64,000 nucleotides of DNA, taken from Alphaproteobacteria bacterium (GTDB lineage: Bacteria; Pseudomonadota; Alphaproteobacteria; Bin95). The position numbers and the translations under genes were made by a program. Positions 28,709-41,575 of the stretch are shown piece after piece. The DNA lies in assembly GCA_965205265.1 (NCBI GenBank), contig CBDBGH010000003.1:5344001-5408000 (forward strand), in the 5' to 3' direction. The notes below the pieces were generated by a model. That model was not told the origin of the DNA. It saw only the letters and a list, made by a program, of their open reading frames with translations, and did no database searches. Position 1 is the stretch's first letter. Every line of letters begins with the position of its first letter.

Positions 28709-30523
28709 TCAACGGGCGGGAACCTCCGGCGCCGGATCGGCCTCGCCGGGACCGGCCGGGCCGAGACTGACGGCAACCCTGCGATCGGCGAGGGTGACGG
28801 TGACGTCGGGCCGGCGGATGCGGATATCGACGGCGCGGTTCGCGGGCACGAGCCACATCAGCTCGCGCTGCGCCGCCTCGGCGAGGGACTGGCGGCAGGC
28901 GTCGTCGTCCGACAGCAGCAGCCGCGTCGCCAGGTGGAGGGCGTCGCCGTCGAAGCGTGCGAGCTGGGTCTCGTAGCTGTCGGCGTCGGCGTCGTCGGAG
29001 GCCGAGAAGAAGGCGGCGCGCAGCAAGGCCGCGAGGTCGTGCGGCTGCAGCGCGCTGCCGGCGGTCACCAGCGGCAGGGCGTCGTCGAGCCAGCAGCGCC
29101 AGGCCTCGCCGGCGAAGGCGAGATCGGCGGCAAGGCCGAGGGTGCGTTCCCGCCCGTCCGCCGCCCGGACGGCGAGGTCGATGCGGACCGCGTCCGGCCT
29201 CGGCGGCAGCGCCGCGGCGGCCGGATCTGTCCGTTCGGGCAGCGGGGCGTCGCCGAGCGCATGAGGCGTGCCGTCCAGCGTGACCTTGATGGCGATGCCG
29301 GCCGCCCGGTCGAGGCGGTCGTACCAGGGGTAGCCCTCGAGCCGGCGGTCGGCCTCGAACAGGCGCGGCGCGAGGCCGTCGCGTTCGGCGGCGCGCCACA
29401 GCGCCTGGGCTTCCGGCGGTTCGGGATCGTCCGCCATGACCAGGGCGTCCGGGCCGGCGGCGGCGAGCGGCGGCGGGTCGCGCCAGTCGTCGATGCTGGC
29501 GATGGCGGGCCGCCAGGGCCGCAGCACGGCCGGCGGCGGGGCGATGGCGATGCCGGCCTCGCGGGCCTGCATCCAGTCTCCGAAGCCGGGGCGCGGATCG
29601 GGGTCGGCCGCCATGGCGCGCCAGATGGCGAGACGGGCGGCGTCCCGCATCTCGCCGAGGAAGGGGTTCTCGACCGCCTCCTTGCGGGCCGGCAGCACCA
29701 GTTCGAGACCGGGGCAGTCCCCGGCATCGGCCAGCACGGACCAGGCGGCGCCGTGGACGGTCTCGACGGTGGGCAGGCCGACGGCAAGCGTCAGGCCGTG
29801 GACATTGAGGTCGGGGTCCCTGTAGCCGTCATGGCGGTTCCTGAAGACGCCGAAGACGAGGCCGCGCCACGGCTCGGCATGGACCGCGCCGTCGAGGAAG
29901 GCGCGGCGCGGCAGCTCCTCCGGGGCGGCATCGCCGCCGGTGCGATCCTCGAAGACCACCGGCAGAGGATAATGCCGGGCGGCGGCCGCGGCAGCGTTGC
30001 GGATGGCGGCGGCGGATTCCGCTGCCCGGAACGAGACCGCCGTGCCGTGCGGGTGCGGCGCGCTTTCGTCTGCATGGACCTCGGCGTCCGCCTCGCCGAG
30101 GAAGTGCTCCGGCGACAGGGAGACCTGCCAGCCGGGCATCGTCTCCCCGCCGGGCGCACGCGGCCTGGAGGAGACGGCGCAGGTGCGCCGCGCCAGGCTG
30201 GCGAAGCCGAAGCCGGCGGCGTCCTCGCGCCGGACCAGGGCGTCGTCCCAGCCGTTCTCGCCGAAGCTCAGCAGCACGGCGGGATCGGCGATGCCGGCGC
30301 CGTCGTCGGAGACGGTGACGGTGAACGGCGTGTCGCCGGTCGCGGGGACGGAGTCGGCCGGACGGGGAGCGGAAGCGGCGACAGAGATGCGCACCCGCGC
30401 GGCGTCGGCGCGGCGGGCGTTCTGCAGCAGTTCGACGAAGATCTCGGCGAGGGTGGCGGCGTAGATGCGGGTGACGCGCCTGACGGCGCTGTCGTGGATG
30501 CGGGCGCGGATCGTGCGGTTCAT
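28709..30523 (-). CDS. GHKL (HATPase_c) ATP-binding protein
   Basis: ELLQNARRA, VSDDGAGI, DAAGFGFASL, HGTAVSF. Confidence 0.85.
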   Translation of the reverse strand: MNRTIRARIHDSAVRRVTRIYAATLAEIFVELLQNARRADAARVRISVAASAPRPADSVPATGDTPFTVTVSDDGAGIADPAVLLSFGENGWDDALVRREDAAGFGFASLARRTCAVSSRPRAPGGETMPGWQVSLSPEHFLGEADAEVHADESAPHPHGTAVSFRAAESAAAIRNAAAAAARHYPLPVVFEDRTGGDAAPEELPRRAFLDGAVHAEPWRGLVFGVFRNRHDGYRDPDLNVHGLTLAVGLPTVETVHGAAWSVLADAGDCPGLELVLPARKEAVENPFLGEMRDAARLAIWRAMAADPDPRPGFGDWMQAREAGIAIAPPPAVLRPWRPAIASIDDWRDPPPLAAAGPDALVMADDPEPPEAQALWRAAERDGLAPRLFEADRRLEGYPWYDRLDRAAGIAIKVTLDGTPHALGDAPLPERTDPAAAALPPRPDAVRIDLAVRAADGRERTLGLAADLAFAGEAWRCWLDDALPLVTAGSALQPHDLAALLRAAFFSASDDADADSYETQLARFDGDALHLATRLLLSDDDACRQSLAEAAQRELMWLVPANRAVDIRIRRPDVTVTLADRRVAVSLGPAGPGEADPAPEVPAR

Positions 30524-30608
30524 GGGTGGACCTCCGTTGGGACATGCGGAAACGGAAGCGCCCCGCCGGGTTTGCCGCCCGGCGGGGCGCTTCATCGGGA
30601 CGGGACGG

Positions 30609-32882
30609 CTACCGGACGTGGCGCAGGAACTCAGGGATCGCCGCCGGGCCGGCATCGACGTCATGGCCGTTGACCGGAACCGGAGGCACCGGATCGGCGG
30701 TTGCGGCGGCGTCCGGCCGCCCGGTCTCCGGTTCGGCCGCCTCCATCGTTCCGGCCGCATCGGCCGCCGGGCCGGACGCGGGTTCGGAGCCCGGCGCGTC
30801 TCCGGCAGCGGCTGCCGCGTTCCCGGCGTTGCCGTCCGTCCGCCCGGCATCGAAGGCGGCGAACCCCGGCGGCGTCCAGGCCAGGGCGGCCGCGTGGGCG
30901 GCGGCGGAGAGCCCGAGCGGGCGCTCGCCGGCCGCGAAGGCCTGCTCCATCGCCTCGGCCAGCGCCGGCTTCCTGTACTTCGACCGCGCCGAGGCCCAGG
31001 CGGCGCCGAACACCGTGCGGGCGATGTCGAGGATGCGGCCCTTCGGCATGCGCGACCACAGCAGGCCGGCGGTCGGGCGGACATGGCCCGCGAAGTCGAT
31101 GCCGAGCCGGGCCACGGTGGCTTCGAGTTCGGGCCGCGCCTGCAGCTCGAAGGCGAGCTGGCCCTGCACGGTGCGCGCGACGCAGGCCGCGAACAGCGTC
31201 TCCTTCTCCGCCCGGGACAGGGCCCGGAGCGCGGCGAAGGCCTCGCCGTCGTCGGCGGCCTCCAGCCAGTCCAGGGGCAGGCCGGAACGATCCGCCAGCA
31301 TCGCCTCGCCCGGCGACCAGCCGGCGAAGTCCGCGTCGTTCATCCGGGCGCCGGGCCGGTCGGGGGTCTCCTTGACCGCGATGTCCAGCGCATGGGCCGC
31401 ATGGCCCGGCGCGAACACGGCCCGGCCGATCTGGAACAGCGCGAGATCGAAGGCGGCCTCGAAGTCTTGCGCCAGATGCGCCTTGACCAGGGCGGTGCGG
31501 ATCGACCGCAGGTCGTCGGCGAGACCGATGCCGACGCCGGCCTCCTTCCGCGCCTCGGCCTCGCGGTCCTTCGCCGCCGCCAGGGGCTGGACGACCGGCG
31601 AGGCGGGGGGATGGGTTGCGTGGCTCATGGCGTCCGGGTCGCGGCCGTTGCCGGCCCGGGTTGCCGGATCGCCGGATTCCGCCGGCATGTCCTCGGGCCT
31701 GACCAGCCCCTGGATCGTCCGGAGGCTGCCGTCATGGCCGATGGTGACGATGCAGCCGGCGATGGCGAAGTCCTCGGCCCGGAACACCGCGCGGGCCTCG
31801 ATGGCGCCCTCGATGGCGTCGAGCCGGTCGTCGTTGGCCTCGGACTCGGCGGCCAGCTCTTCCGTCCAGTCGTCCCCGTCGAGAGCGGCCAGTTCGATCT
31901 GGCGGGTCTCCAGCCTCTCGATCTCGGCCTGCTCCTCGTCCGTGGGCCGGCCGGGCTGCGGTTCGATGCGGCCGTGGCGGGCGGTCGCGCCCCAGTCGGC
32001 CTCGACCATGGGCACGGCCCACTTCCAGCGCGTCGCCAGTTCGTCGGCCGCCGCCCCGAGCTTCGCCATGGCGAGGGTTTCCAGCAGCGCCGGGTCCTCG
32101 AACCAGACGCCGTCCTCGCCGTCCTCGGCGAACAGGTCGCGCATGACCGTGCCGCCGGTGGCCTCGTAGGCCTCCGCCCCGACGAAGCGGGCGATGGCCG
32201 CCGCCCCCGGCACCCGTTCCTCGGTCAAGATGCGTTTCACCTGCCAGGCAGACGGGCGGTAGCCCTGGGCCGAGACCTGCGCCCAGACCGCCAGCTGGCG
32301 CGCCCGGTCGGCGGTGACGGCGAAGGCTTGCAGCGTCGCCAGGTCGATCTCGCCGGCCCGGTAGGCGTCGAGCAGTTCCGGCGCGGCGTTGCCGAGGCGC
32401 AGGCGCTGCTCGACGATGCGCTCCGACGCGCCGAAGCGCGCGGCGATGGCGGCGACCGACCGGCCGGATGCGGCCAGTTCGGCGAAGGCCGTGACCTGGT
32501 CGGCCGGGTGCATGGGGATGCGGATGACGTTCTCGGCGAGCGAGACCTCGCCGGGCGCGTCAGTGTCGGTTCTGACCTGGCAGGGCACGGGATGACCGGC
32601 ATCCAGCGCGCCGTCCGCGGCCAGCGCCTGCATCGCCCTGAGGCGGCGGCCGCCGGCGACCACGGCAAAGCGTTCGGTTCCCTCGTCGTCGGGCTCGTCC
32701 GGCCGGACGATGAGGTTCTCCAGCAGGCCGAAGGCGGCGATCGAGGCCGCGAGCGCGGCATCGGCTTGCCCATCGGGCGGGGTCCTGCGGACGTTCTCGG
32801 GCGCAAGGCCGAGCCGGGAGAGCGGAATCTCCCGGATGATCGGCGTGTCGCCGGGGGCGCCGGGCGTGGCGGTGCGGTTCAT
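30609..32882 (-). CDS. Large ParB N-terminal-domain protein
   Basis: ENVRRT, GLLENLIV, VVAGGRRLRA, SLAENVIR, MHPADQ, HTH. Confidence 0.9.
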   Translation of the reverse strand: MNRTATPGAPGDTPIIREIPLSRLGLAPENVRRTPPDGQADAALAASIAAFGLLENLIVRPDEPDDEGTERFAVVAGGRRLRAMQALAADGALDAGHPVPCQVRTDTDAPGEVSLAENVIRIPMHPADQVTAFAELAASGRSVAAIAARFGASERIVEQRLRLGNAAPELLDAYRAGEIDLATLQAFAVTADRARQLAVWAQVSAQGYRPSAWQVKRILTEERVPGAAAIARFVGAEAYEATGGTVMRDLFAEDGEDGVWFEDPALLETLAMAKLGAAADELATRWKWAVPMVEADWGATARHGRIEPQPGRPTDEEQAEIERLETRQIELAALDGDDWTEELAAESEANDDRLDAIEGAIEARAVFRAEDFAIAGCIVTIGHDGSLRTIQGLVRPEDMPAESGDPATRAGNGRDPDAMSHATHPPASPVVQPLAAAKDREAEARKEAGVGIGLADDLRSIRTALVKAHLAQDFEAAFDLALFQIGRAVFAPGHAAHALDIAVKETPDRPGARMNDADFAGWSPGEAMLADRSGLPLDWLEAADDGEAFAALRALSRAEKETLFAACVARTVQGQLAFELQARPELEATVARLGIDFAGHVRPTAGLLWSRMPKGRILDIARTVFGAAWASARSKYRKPALAEAMEQAFAAGERPLGLSAAAHAAALAWTPPGFAAFDAGRTDGNAGNAAAAAGDAPGSEPASGPAADAAGTMEAAEPETGRPDAAATADPVPPVPVNGHDVDAGPAAIPEFLRHVR

Positions 32883-33062
32883 GCGAAACTCCTGGATGGT
32901 GTATGGAAAGGACGAAAGCGGCGTCGGGGACCGGACCCCGCCGGCCCGGCCGCGTCGCCCCGGCCGCCGCCCGGCTCCGCCTCTCGGCGGCGGGACCGGC
33001 GAAAGACGGCGCCGGACAACGGCGCGGGCAGCGCCCCGGACGAACGGGATCGGGGCTGAAAC

Positions 33063-34313
33063 TCAGGCGATGGCGAGATGTTCGCCCCAGGGCGGCGGGC
33101 TCCGGAAGGGTCCGGACCCGGACTGCCAGTCGCACCACAGAACCGGAAAGGGAGGTTCCGCCTCGGGGTAGCGGTCGCACGCCATGTCGGTGAAGTAGAG
33201 GCAGACCGCGGGTTGCACGCCGTGCGCCTCCAGCCAGGCGAAGCCGGGCCGGAAGTCGGTGCCGCCCCGTCCCCTGACGACGATCTCCTCGGGGAGATCG
33301 TCCGGGGCATGGTCGGCGGCGTCGCGCACCGCGGTGTCGACCTGGAGCACGATGACGCGCGCGGGATCGGTCTCCATCGCAGCCTCGCGCACCTCCGACC
33401 AGAAGGCGGCCAGGGTCGCCGTGTCGACCGAGCCCGAAGTGTCGACGATGACGGCGATGGCGTCCATGCCCTCGGAGCGAAGCGAGGGCAGGTAGAGCCC
33501 GGAGTCGATGAAGCGCCGGTTGGGGACGCTCCAGGAATAGTCGCTCTTCGCCGCCCCGGTCATGAAGCGGCGCAGCAGCGCGCGCCAGTCGAGCGCGGCG
33601 GCATGGGCGCCGCGCACGGTCTCCTCGACGGCGCCGGGCATCCGGCCTTCGGCCTTCGCGAGGCTGGCGGCCTGGTGCATGGCCTCGTCCCACGCCTGCT
33701 CCTCGGCGGCGAGAGCGCCCGGCGCATCCATGACCTCGCCGGTGCCGGCGGGATCGCAGCTCGGCGGCCCGGCGCCATCCTGTCCGGGTTCGTCCCGGCC
33801 GGACGGATCGCCGGCGTTACCGCCATCGCTGCCGTCCGGGGAGCCGGACGCGCGGTTTCCGTTGCCCGCACCGTCCGGGCCGGGCGGCGCGGCGTCATCG
33901 GCGTCGGGCTCCGGCAGGCGGTCATAGGCCTGCTCGACGCTGATCCCGTCCCAGGCCTCGGCGTCCGGCGGCAGGACGAACCCGGCGTCCTTCAGCAGCC
34001 CGTGGGTGACCAGCTGCGAGGCGTGCTGCCAGCGTTCCGGGTCGCGCCCGCCGCGCCGCGTGTGGTGCTTGAGGGCGCAGGCGAGCACCACCCGGGCGAT
34101 CGCGGTCTCGATCAGGTGGGCGTCGGTCTCCGCGATCCAGGCCGGGGAATAGCGGATCTCGCGCCCGTCGCTCGCCAGGGTCTCGCGGCCGGCATCGGCC
34201 CGCACCGGCAGGCGGAGCGCGAGTGCGCCGAAGAAGGGCTGCCGGCGCAGCAGCGCCGTGACGCAGCGGCTCACCCGCTCGGCCGACTCGCCGCGCGGCC
34301 GGGCCGCCATCAC
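33063..34313 (-). CDS. DUF2201-type metallopeptidase-like + VWA protein (HExxH degenerate)
   Basis: PFFGALAL, LASDG, ALKHHTRR, acidic linker, VDTSGS MIDAS, GGTDFRP, YFTD. Confidence 0.85.
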   Translation of the reverse strand: MMAARPRGESAERVSRCVTALLRRQPFFGALALRLPVRADAGRETLASDGREIRYSPAWIAETDAHLIETAIARVVLACALKHHTRRGGRDPERWQHASQLVTHGLLKDAGFVLPPDAEAWDGISVEQAYDRLPEPDADDAAPPGPDGAGNGNRASGSPDGSDGGNAGDPSGRDEPGQDGAGPPSCDPAGTGEVMDAPGALAAEEQAWDEAMHQAASLAKAEGRMPGAVEETVRGAHAAALDWRALLRRFMTGAAKSDYSWSVPNRRFIDSGLYLPSLRSEGMDAIAVIVDTSGSVDTATLAAFWSEVREAAMETDPARVIVLQVDTAVRDAADHAPDDLPEEIVVRGRGGTDFRPGFAWLEAHGVQPAVCLYFTDMACDRYPEAEPPFPVLWCDWQSGSGPFRSPPPWGEHLAIA

Positions 34314-35209
34314 GCCGCCTCCCGCACCGGCTCGGCCTGCGTCCCGAAATACCCCGCGAACGCCTCCGCCAGCGCGTCGGCCTCGCGCTTGACCTGCGCG
34401 CGCGCCATCGGGTCGAAGCTCTTCGACGGCCTGAGTGCGTCCGGCTCGACGCTGGCGATCTTCTCCTTCACCTGCCCGCAGAGACGCGCAAGTTCGTCGT
34501 CGCCGAAGATGTTGAGCCGCGGCACCACGTCCACCAGATCGCGGATGTTGCCGATCATCGAATCGCGGAACACCAGCGGCTTGCCCTCATCGTCTTCCCG
34601 GAGGCGTTCGGAGACCCGCTCCACCGCTTCGCCCAGGCGGCGGTAGAGGTCGCCCACCGCGTCGTGGAGGCGCTCCTCGATCTGGCTCTCGATGTCGCGC
34701 TTCACCCGCTCGGTGTCGTCGGAGGCGAGCTTGGCCATGAAGTGGTCGGCGTCCGGCACCGGGACGATGCGCCAGCGCAGGCCGAACCTCTCCCGCAGGT
34801 CCTCCTTCGCGGGATAGTCCGCGATGCGGAACAGCCTGCCGAGTTCCAGCCGGGCCCGGTCGATGTTGTCCTCGTAGTCGTCGATGAAGCGGGCGCGTTC
34901 GCGCACCAGGCGCTCGCGCAGGCCCTCCATCAGTCCGGTGTAGCGCTCGTAGTTGGCGACGGTGAGCAGGCGGCTCCCCTGGTCGTCCCAGGGCAGGGTG
35001 TTGGCGTAGTGGGCGCCGCGCGCCGCGCTGACGGTCGCGTTCAGCGCGGCGAAGGCGGCCTTCGGCAGCAGGCACTTGTTGTAGCGCCCGGCGGCGGCGC
35101 TGGCCTCGTGATGGACCGCGACATGGGTCGAGGCCTGGCGGTCGTGGAGCCGGCCCGACCAGGCGGCGATGCGCAGGGACACCAGCATGGCGTCGTGGGT
35201 GAGATTCAT
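34310..35209 (-). CDS. Conserved hypothetical protein (DUF3150-like) of the AAA-VWA cassette
   Basis: AGRYNKCLLP, TLPWDDQGSRLL, DYP, LVPRLN-like; overlaps the downstream gene. Confidence 0.65.
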   Translation of the reverse strand: MNLTHDAMLVSLRIAAWSGRLHDRQASTHVAVHHEASAAAGRYNKCLLPKAAFAALNATVSAARGAHYANTLPWDDQGSRLLTVANYERYTGLMEGLRERLVRERARFIDDYEDNIDRARLELGRLFRIADYPAKEDLRERFGLRWRIVPVPDADHFMAKLASDDTERVKRDIESQIEERLHDAVGDLYRRLGEAVERVSERLREDDEGKPLVFRDSMIGNIRDLVDVVPRLNIFGDDELARLCGQVKEKIASVEPDALRPSKSFDPMARAQVKREADALAEAFAGYFGTQAEPVREAA

Positions 35210-35389
35210 GGCGGCAACTCCTGTGTGAGGGCTATCGCAGGGTCCACACCGGCACGCGCAGGGCGGCGGCGGGCCTGCGTCTTGCCGTTTCGCGGTCGGG
35301 AGCGCGCACGGCGTATGCGCGCGAGGGCGCGTCTCCCGCGGGATGGTGGAGAATCCTCCAGACCGCCGGTGCGGCCTTCGGGTCCTTCG

Positions 35390-36415
35390 TCATGGCGTGC
35401 GCGCCGCCGCCCAGCGGATGAAAGCGGGCGTGCGCTGGAGGTCCGGGTCGCGGCGGACGCAGGAGCCGACCAGGAACTCGCCGACCTCGCGCCGCAGCCG
35501 TCCGGCATAGGTGACGATGGCGTCGAGCGTGATGTCGTCGGCCATGCGGTAGAGCGCGCCGCAGAGCGCGATCAGGGCGCTGGCGTTCTCCGGCACCGGG
35601 GCGCCCGCGGGATCGTCGAGCACCGCCTTCGGATGAGGCAGTTCCCGCCACACCTTGAGGAAGGCCGAGAACTCCACCGCCGCCGCCTCGCCCACCGTGC
35701 CCCGGAACAGGGCGCGCTCGACGCCGGCATCGAGGCCGGCGCGGCGGTTGACGATGCCGGAGACCATCGCCCAGGTGCGGGGGCAGCAGAACGCCTTCTC
35801 CTTCGCCTGCGGATCGAAGCTGTGCAGCAGGTCCGGGCGCATGCGGATGTAGAACAGCACCTCCGGGGCGATACCGTGGGCCGCGCCCCAGGCGAGCCAG
35901 TCGTCGGCGTCGACCGCGATCTCCAGATGGACGAAGCGCGAAGCGAGCGGCGTCGGCATGCGGTGGACCACGCCCCGGTCGCCCTCGCGGTTGCCGCAGG
36001 CGATCAGCGAGGCGCCCTCGGGCAGTTCGTACTCCCCGACCCGGCGGTCGAGCACCAGCTGGTAGAGGGCGGCCTGCACCAGCGGCACGGCCGAGGGCAA
36101 TTCTTCCAGGTTGATGAGCCAGCGGCCGGGATCGTCCGTCGGCGGCAGGAAGGCCGGCGGCGCCCAGCGGGTGCGGCCGGACCCGTCGCGCCAGGGAATG
36201 CCGCGCAGGTCCACGGGATCGAGCAACAGTGCGCGGATGTCGACATAGGCGCGTCCGGCCTCGGCCGCCACCTGCCGCGCGATGGCGCTCTTGGCCGCCC
36301 CGGGCGGGCCCCAGACGATGCAGGGCTGGCGCGCCTCGACCAGCAGCGCCAGCGTCGCGGCAAGCTCGCTCGGGCGCAGCGTGTAGTCGGCGGAAATCGT
36401 CCCAGATTCGGTCAT
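35390..36415 (-). CDS. MoxR-like AAA+ ATPase
   Basis: WGPPGAAKS, DLRGIP, INLEEL, ACGNREGD, LASRF, CPRTW. Confidence 0.88.
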   Translation of the reverse strand: MTESGTISADYTLRPSELAATLALLVEARQPCIVWGPPGAAKSAIARQVAAEAGRAYVDIRALLLDPVDLRGIPWRDGSGRTRWAPPAFLPPTDDPGRWLINLEELPSAVPLVQAALYQLVLDRRVGEYELPEGASLIACGNREGDRGVVHRMPTPLASRFVHLEIAVDADDWLAWGAAHGIAPEVLFYIRMRPDLLHSFDPQAKEKAFCCPRTWAMVSGIVNRRAGLDAGVERALFRGTVGEAAAVEFSAFLKVWRELPHPKAVLDDPAGAPVPENASALIALCGALYRMADDITLDAIVTYAGRLRREVGEFLVGSCVRRDPDLQRTPAFIRWAAARTP

Positions 36416-36568
36416 CGGCAGCCTCCGGATGGCGGGAAGACGGCGAAGGCCGGGCACCCTCCGGCCGCCCGACCTTCGACCGGACGGCAGCGCCGCTTCA
36501 CTCATCGTGTTTGGTGACACGGGACGGGCGTCGGCAGCCGGTGGGCGGCGGGGCGCGGACCGCCGGGC

Positions 36569-37369
36569 TCAGGCGCGGTCCGGGCCGGCCGGGCCGCCAT
36601 GCTTGGCGGCGACCGGGGAAATGCCGATCAACTTGGGCAGGGACACGCCGGACGGCGAAAGCGTGTGGCGGATGCGGCGCTCGATCGGGGCAGACCGGCG
36701 ATAGAGGTTCGGACGGAGTTTGGCTGCCCGGCGCAGGTCTTCGGGTGAGGAGAAGATGCAGAAGGAGCAGCTGCACCGCCCCGGGTGGTTGTAGATCCAG
36801 TGGGGCTTCTGGCCGGCGGCGCGGATGACCCGGACGCGTCGGCGGTCGTGAGGTCGACGATCGGCAGCCAGTCGAATGCTCGTTGCGACGCCAAGGAACG
36901 CGCCTCCCGCGCGCGGCACCCTCGTCGCGGCGGAGGCCGAGGCAGTTGACAAGCCGGCGGCAAGAGCGGGGATCGACCTTCAGATAACGGCGCAGCTCGC
37001 GTCCGATCGGCCCGCGCTTGTGACCAGCGGTGCACCATCTCTGGCGGACCCCGGAGAACATGCCGCGCCACTCGACCCGGCTGAGCCGCGACCCGCGACC
37101 CGCGACTTGCCGGATGCGGCGGGCGCGAGGATCAACGGCACGCCCCTGGGAAGCGTCGCCTCGACATGCTCGACCGTGCCGGGCCAGTCGACCTCGCCGA
37201 GCGGGGCGTGAACCGCGACCAGCCGATCGCACGGGACCCGCCGCGACAGCAGGATCGTCATGGCCTGCGAATCCTTGCCGCTCGAGGTATTGACGGCGAT
37301 GAGCGCGCCGGCGCGGATCATGTCCCTGCACCGCGGCGGTACGGGAACATCGGCCATGCGGCTGGACAT
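36569..37369 (-). pseudogene. PAPS-reductase-family protein, frameshifted
   Basis: SSGKDSQ, RWCT..KRGPI, GLRRDE, DWLPI and RCSCSFCIF motifs spread over different frames. Confidence 0.8.
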
Positions 37370-37890
37370 GAATCGGCCTCCCGAACGGTGGCGTCGAGGA
37401 CCGTTCCGCGGCCCCGGCTTCGCCCGGAGGATGCCGCCCACTGCCTTCCGCCGCCGCGCGTCCGACCGGCGGAGCCGCCGGGGCGTGGGTGCCGTACGCG
37501 ACAGGCGTCATTTCATGGTCGCTGGGGAATCGGATTCGGAGGCGCGCATTCCTAAAGCGCACCGAAGCGCTCGCGATTGCGGGGGAAGGAGTTAGGGAAG
37601 GCGTCGAAGTTCACGGCGGATGGGTGTAGTGTCCGTATCGCAGGAACGGCACCGACGGCTGACCCGACGAAGGAGACGAAGATTTTGGGCGGACAAAACC
37701 AGATACAAGGCACCGCCGAGTGAAGAGCGTCACTCCAAGCTTGCACCCTAGGATATCTACATTGAAACTAGACCAGTCGGCAGTGGCAGGTCAATTTATC
37801 GAACGAATTTACGGAACAAAACACTAGCGACCCTGATTCTCCCCAACATGGTCGGACCGCAGGGGCACATGATGCCATTCGCGCGCCACC

Positions 37891-38620
37891 TCACACATCT
37901 ATGTCATGGGATAATATGGCATCCAGTATTCTTTTCATCGCCGGAGGCTGAAAACCATCCCTCACCATTTCACTCACAATAATGTTTCGCAAAGTTTCGT
38001 AGCGCACGTTTCCGACTCGCCCTGCACAAAATCTTTTGAGCACGTCCCGCCCGCGAAATAGTTTTTTCCAGTTGTTGGAGCTAACACTCCTCAACAATTT
38101 GTTCTCTTCCGCCCGCACATCACCTTCTATGCGCTCCGGCGTTGCTTCCTCGGCAACTGTTTTTTTGGATAACATTTACCTTTTCTTTAGCTCGCCTCGC
38201 TAGTTCTTCTCCTACATTATTTGTTAATTGTGTAGTATCAATATGTCCAATATGCCTTATGTCCCTGCTTATTCTTCCCGCTACTCTTTCGATGGCAAAT
38301 CCCCGCGCCAGGTCCTTTCAAGTGTTCTTTAACTCTGTTCGAACCAATGCCTCTATATCCTTTTCAGGTTCCATTTCCAGTTCGAGGGACCGTAATGCCT
38401 CCGCAATGTATTTTTCTTCCAGCAGATAGTTTTCGATATGATACCTATCCCACTTTAATACTTGATTCGGTATCTGCGCACCATCCTCTTTGCTTTCATC
38501 CGCGTCCTCATCCGTTATTGCCCAAACTCGCTGTTCCCCATTCTCCTTTGCCGCGAGCTCATTCAATATCTCACGCAACTCCTTTACGCTCCGTCGAGAA
38601 CCGCCGCCAACTAAGGTTGC
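37891..38620 (-). pseudogene. Low-GC Toprim-type nuclease C-terminal fragment (OLD/DUF4435-like)
   Basis: WAITDEDAD, WDRYHIENYLL, FRGRDVLK; TGA at 38318-38320, frameshift at the A-run near 38160, 5' part missing. Confidence 0.6.
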
Positions 38621-39227
38621 TTCCGTTTCCGGCGCGGAGCTCGTGAAGCTTCAGGCGGCGGCTGCGGCGCGCAAGACGGCGCTGGCGACGATGGCTCGCG
38701 AGATGGATCAGAAGAAGGCGCTGATGGACGCGCTCGCCGAGGTCGACACGTCCGACCTGTCGGACGCGGACAAGCTCGCCGCGGCCAAGGCGGCCATCGC
38801 GGCTCTCAAGGAGGCGCTGGACGATGCGGGCGACGTGAGCGATGCCGACAAGGCGACGTATCGGACGCAACTGGCCAGTGCCCAAACAGCGGTGGACCGG
38901 AAAGAGCAGATGAACGCGCTTTCGGCTGCTTCCGGAAAGCTCGACATGGCTCTTGCGGCGTTTTCGTATAGCGCGACAATCTGGGTGAGAGCCGCGCGTC
39001 AATCAGGATGAGATTCCCCGGCGGCATCGGCGAGTTGATGATTGTCGCGCGGGGCGCGGATTGCAAGCGGTTTCGGATTTTGATTGTCGCGGCGCGACAA
39101 ACAAGGTTTTCGGAGAGCGTTTTGATTGTCGCGGGGGGGCCGTCGGGTCGGAGAAGAGACGGCCCGCGGAGGCGATTCCCGCGGGCCGTGAGTGTTGTGG
39201 CCGCTGGGCCGATCTGGCGGCAGCGGT

Positions 39228-41575
<2,348 letters not shown>

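Larger units (their letters stand above)
14742..37369 (-). mobile_element. ICE/plasmid leading-region-type backbone (no relaxase or T4SS seen in this block)
   Basis: Co-oriented DUF2493, Toprim, SSB, strawberry-notch, RadC, ParB and AAA/VWA genes typical of alphaproteobacterial conjugative elements. Confidence 0.75.

Noticed and set aside
17820-32984. CTCCGCCTCy upstream of several backbone genes (17820, 18798, 32975)
   Set aside because: A 10-mer in GC-rich DNA; cannot be separated from chance without statistics
37085-37105. CCCGCGA tandem repeat as a phase-variation tract
   Set aside because: Only three units, inside a gene with several other frameshifts
38967-39135. Spaced TGATTGTCGC repeats resembling a mini-CRISPR or iterons
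   Set aside because: Normal multiple transposase-binding repeats of IS21 ends; no cas genes or spacer structure
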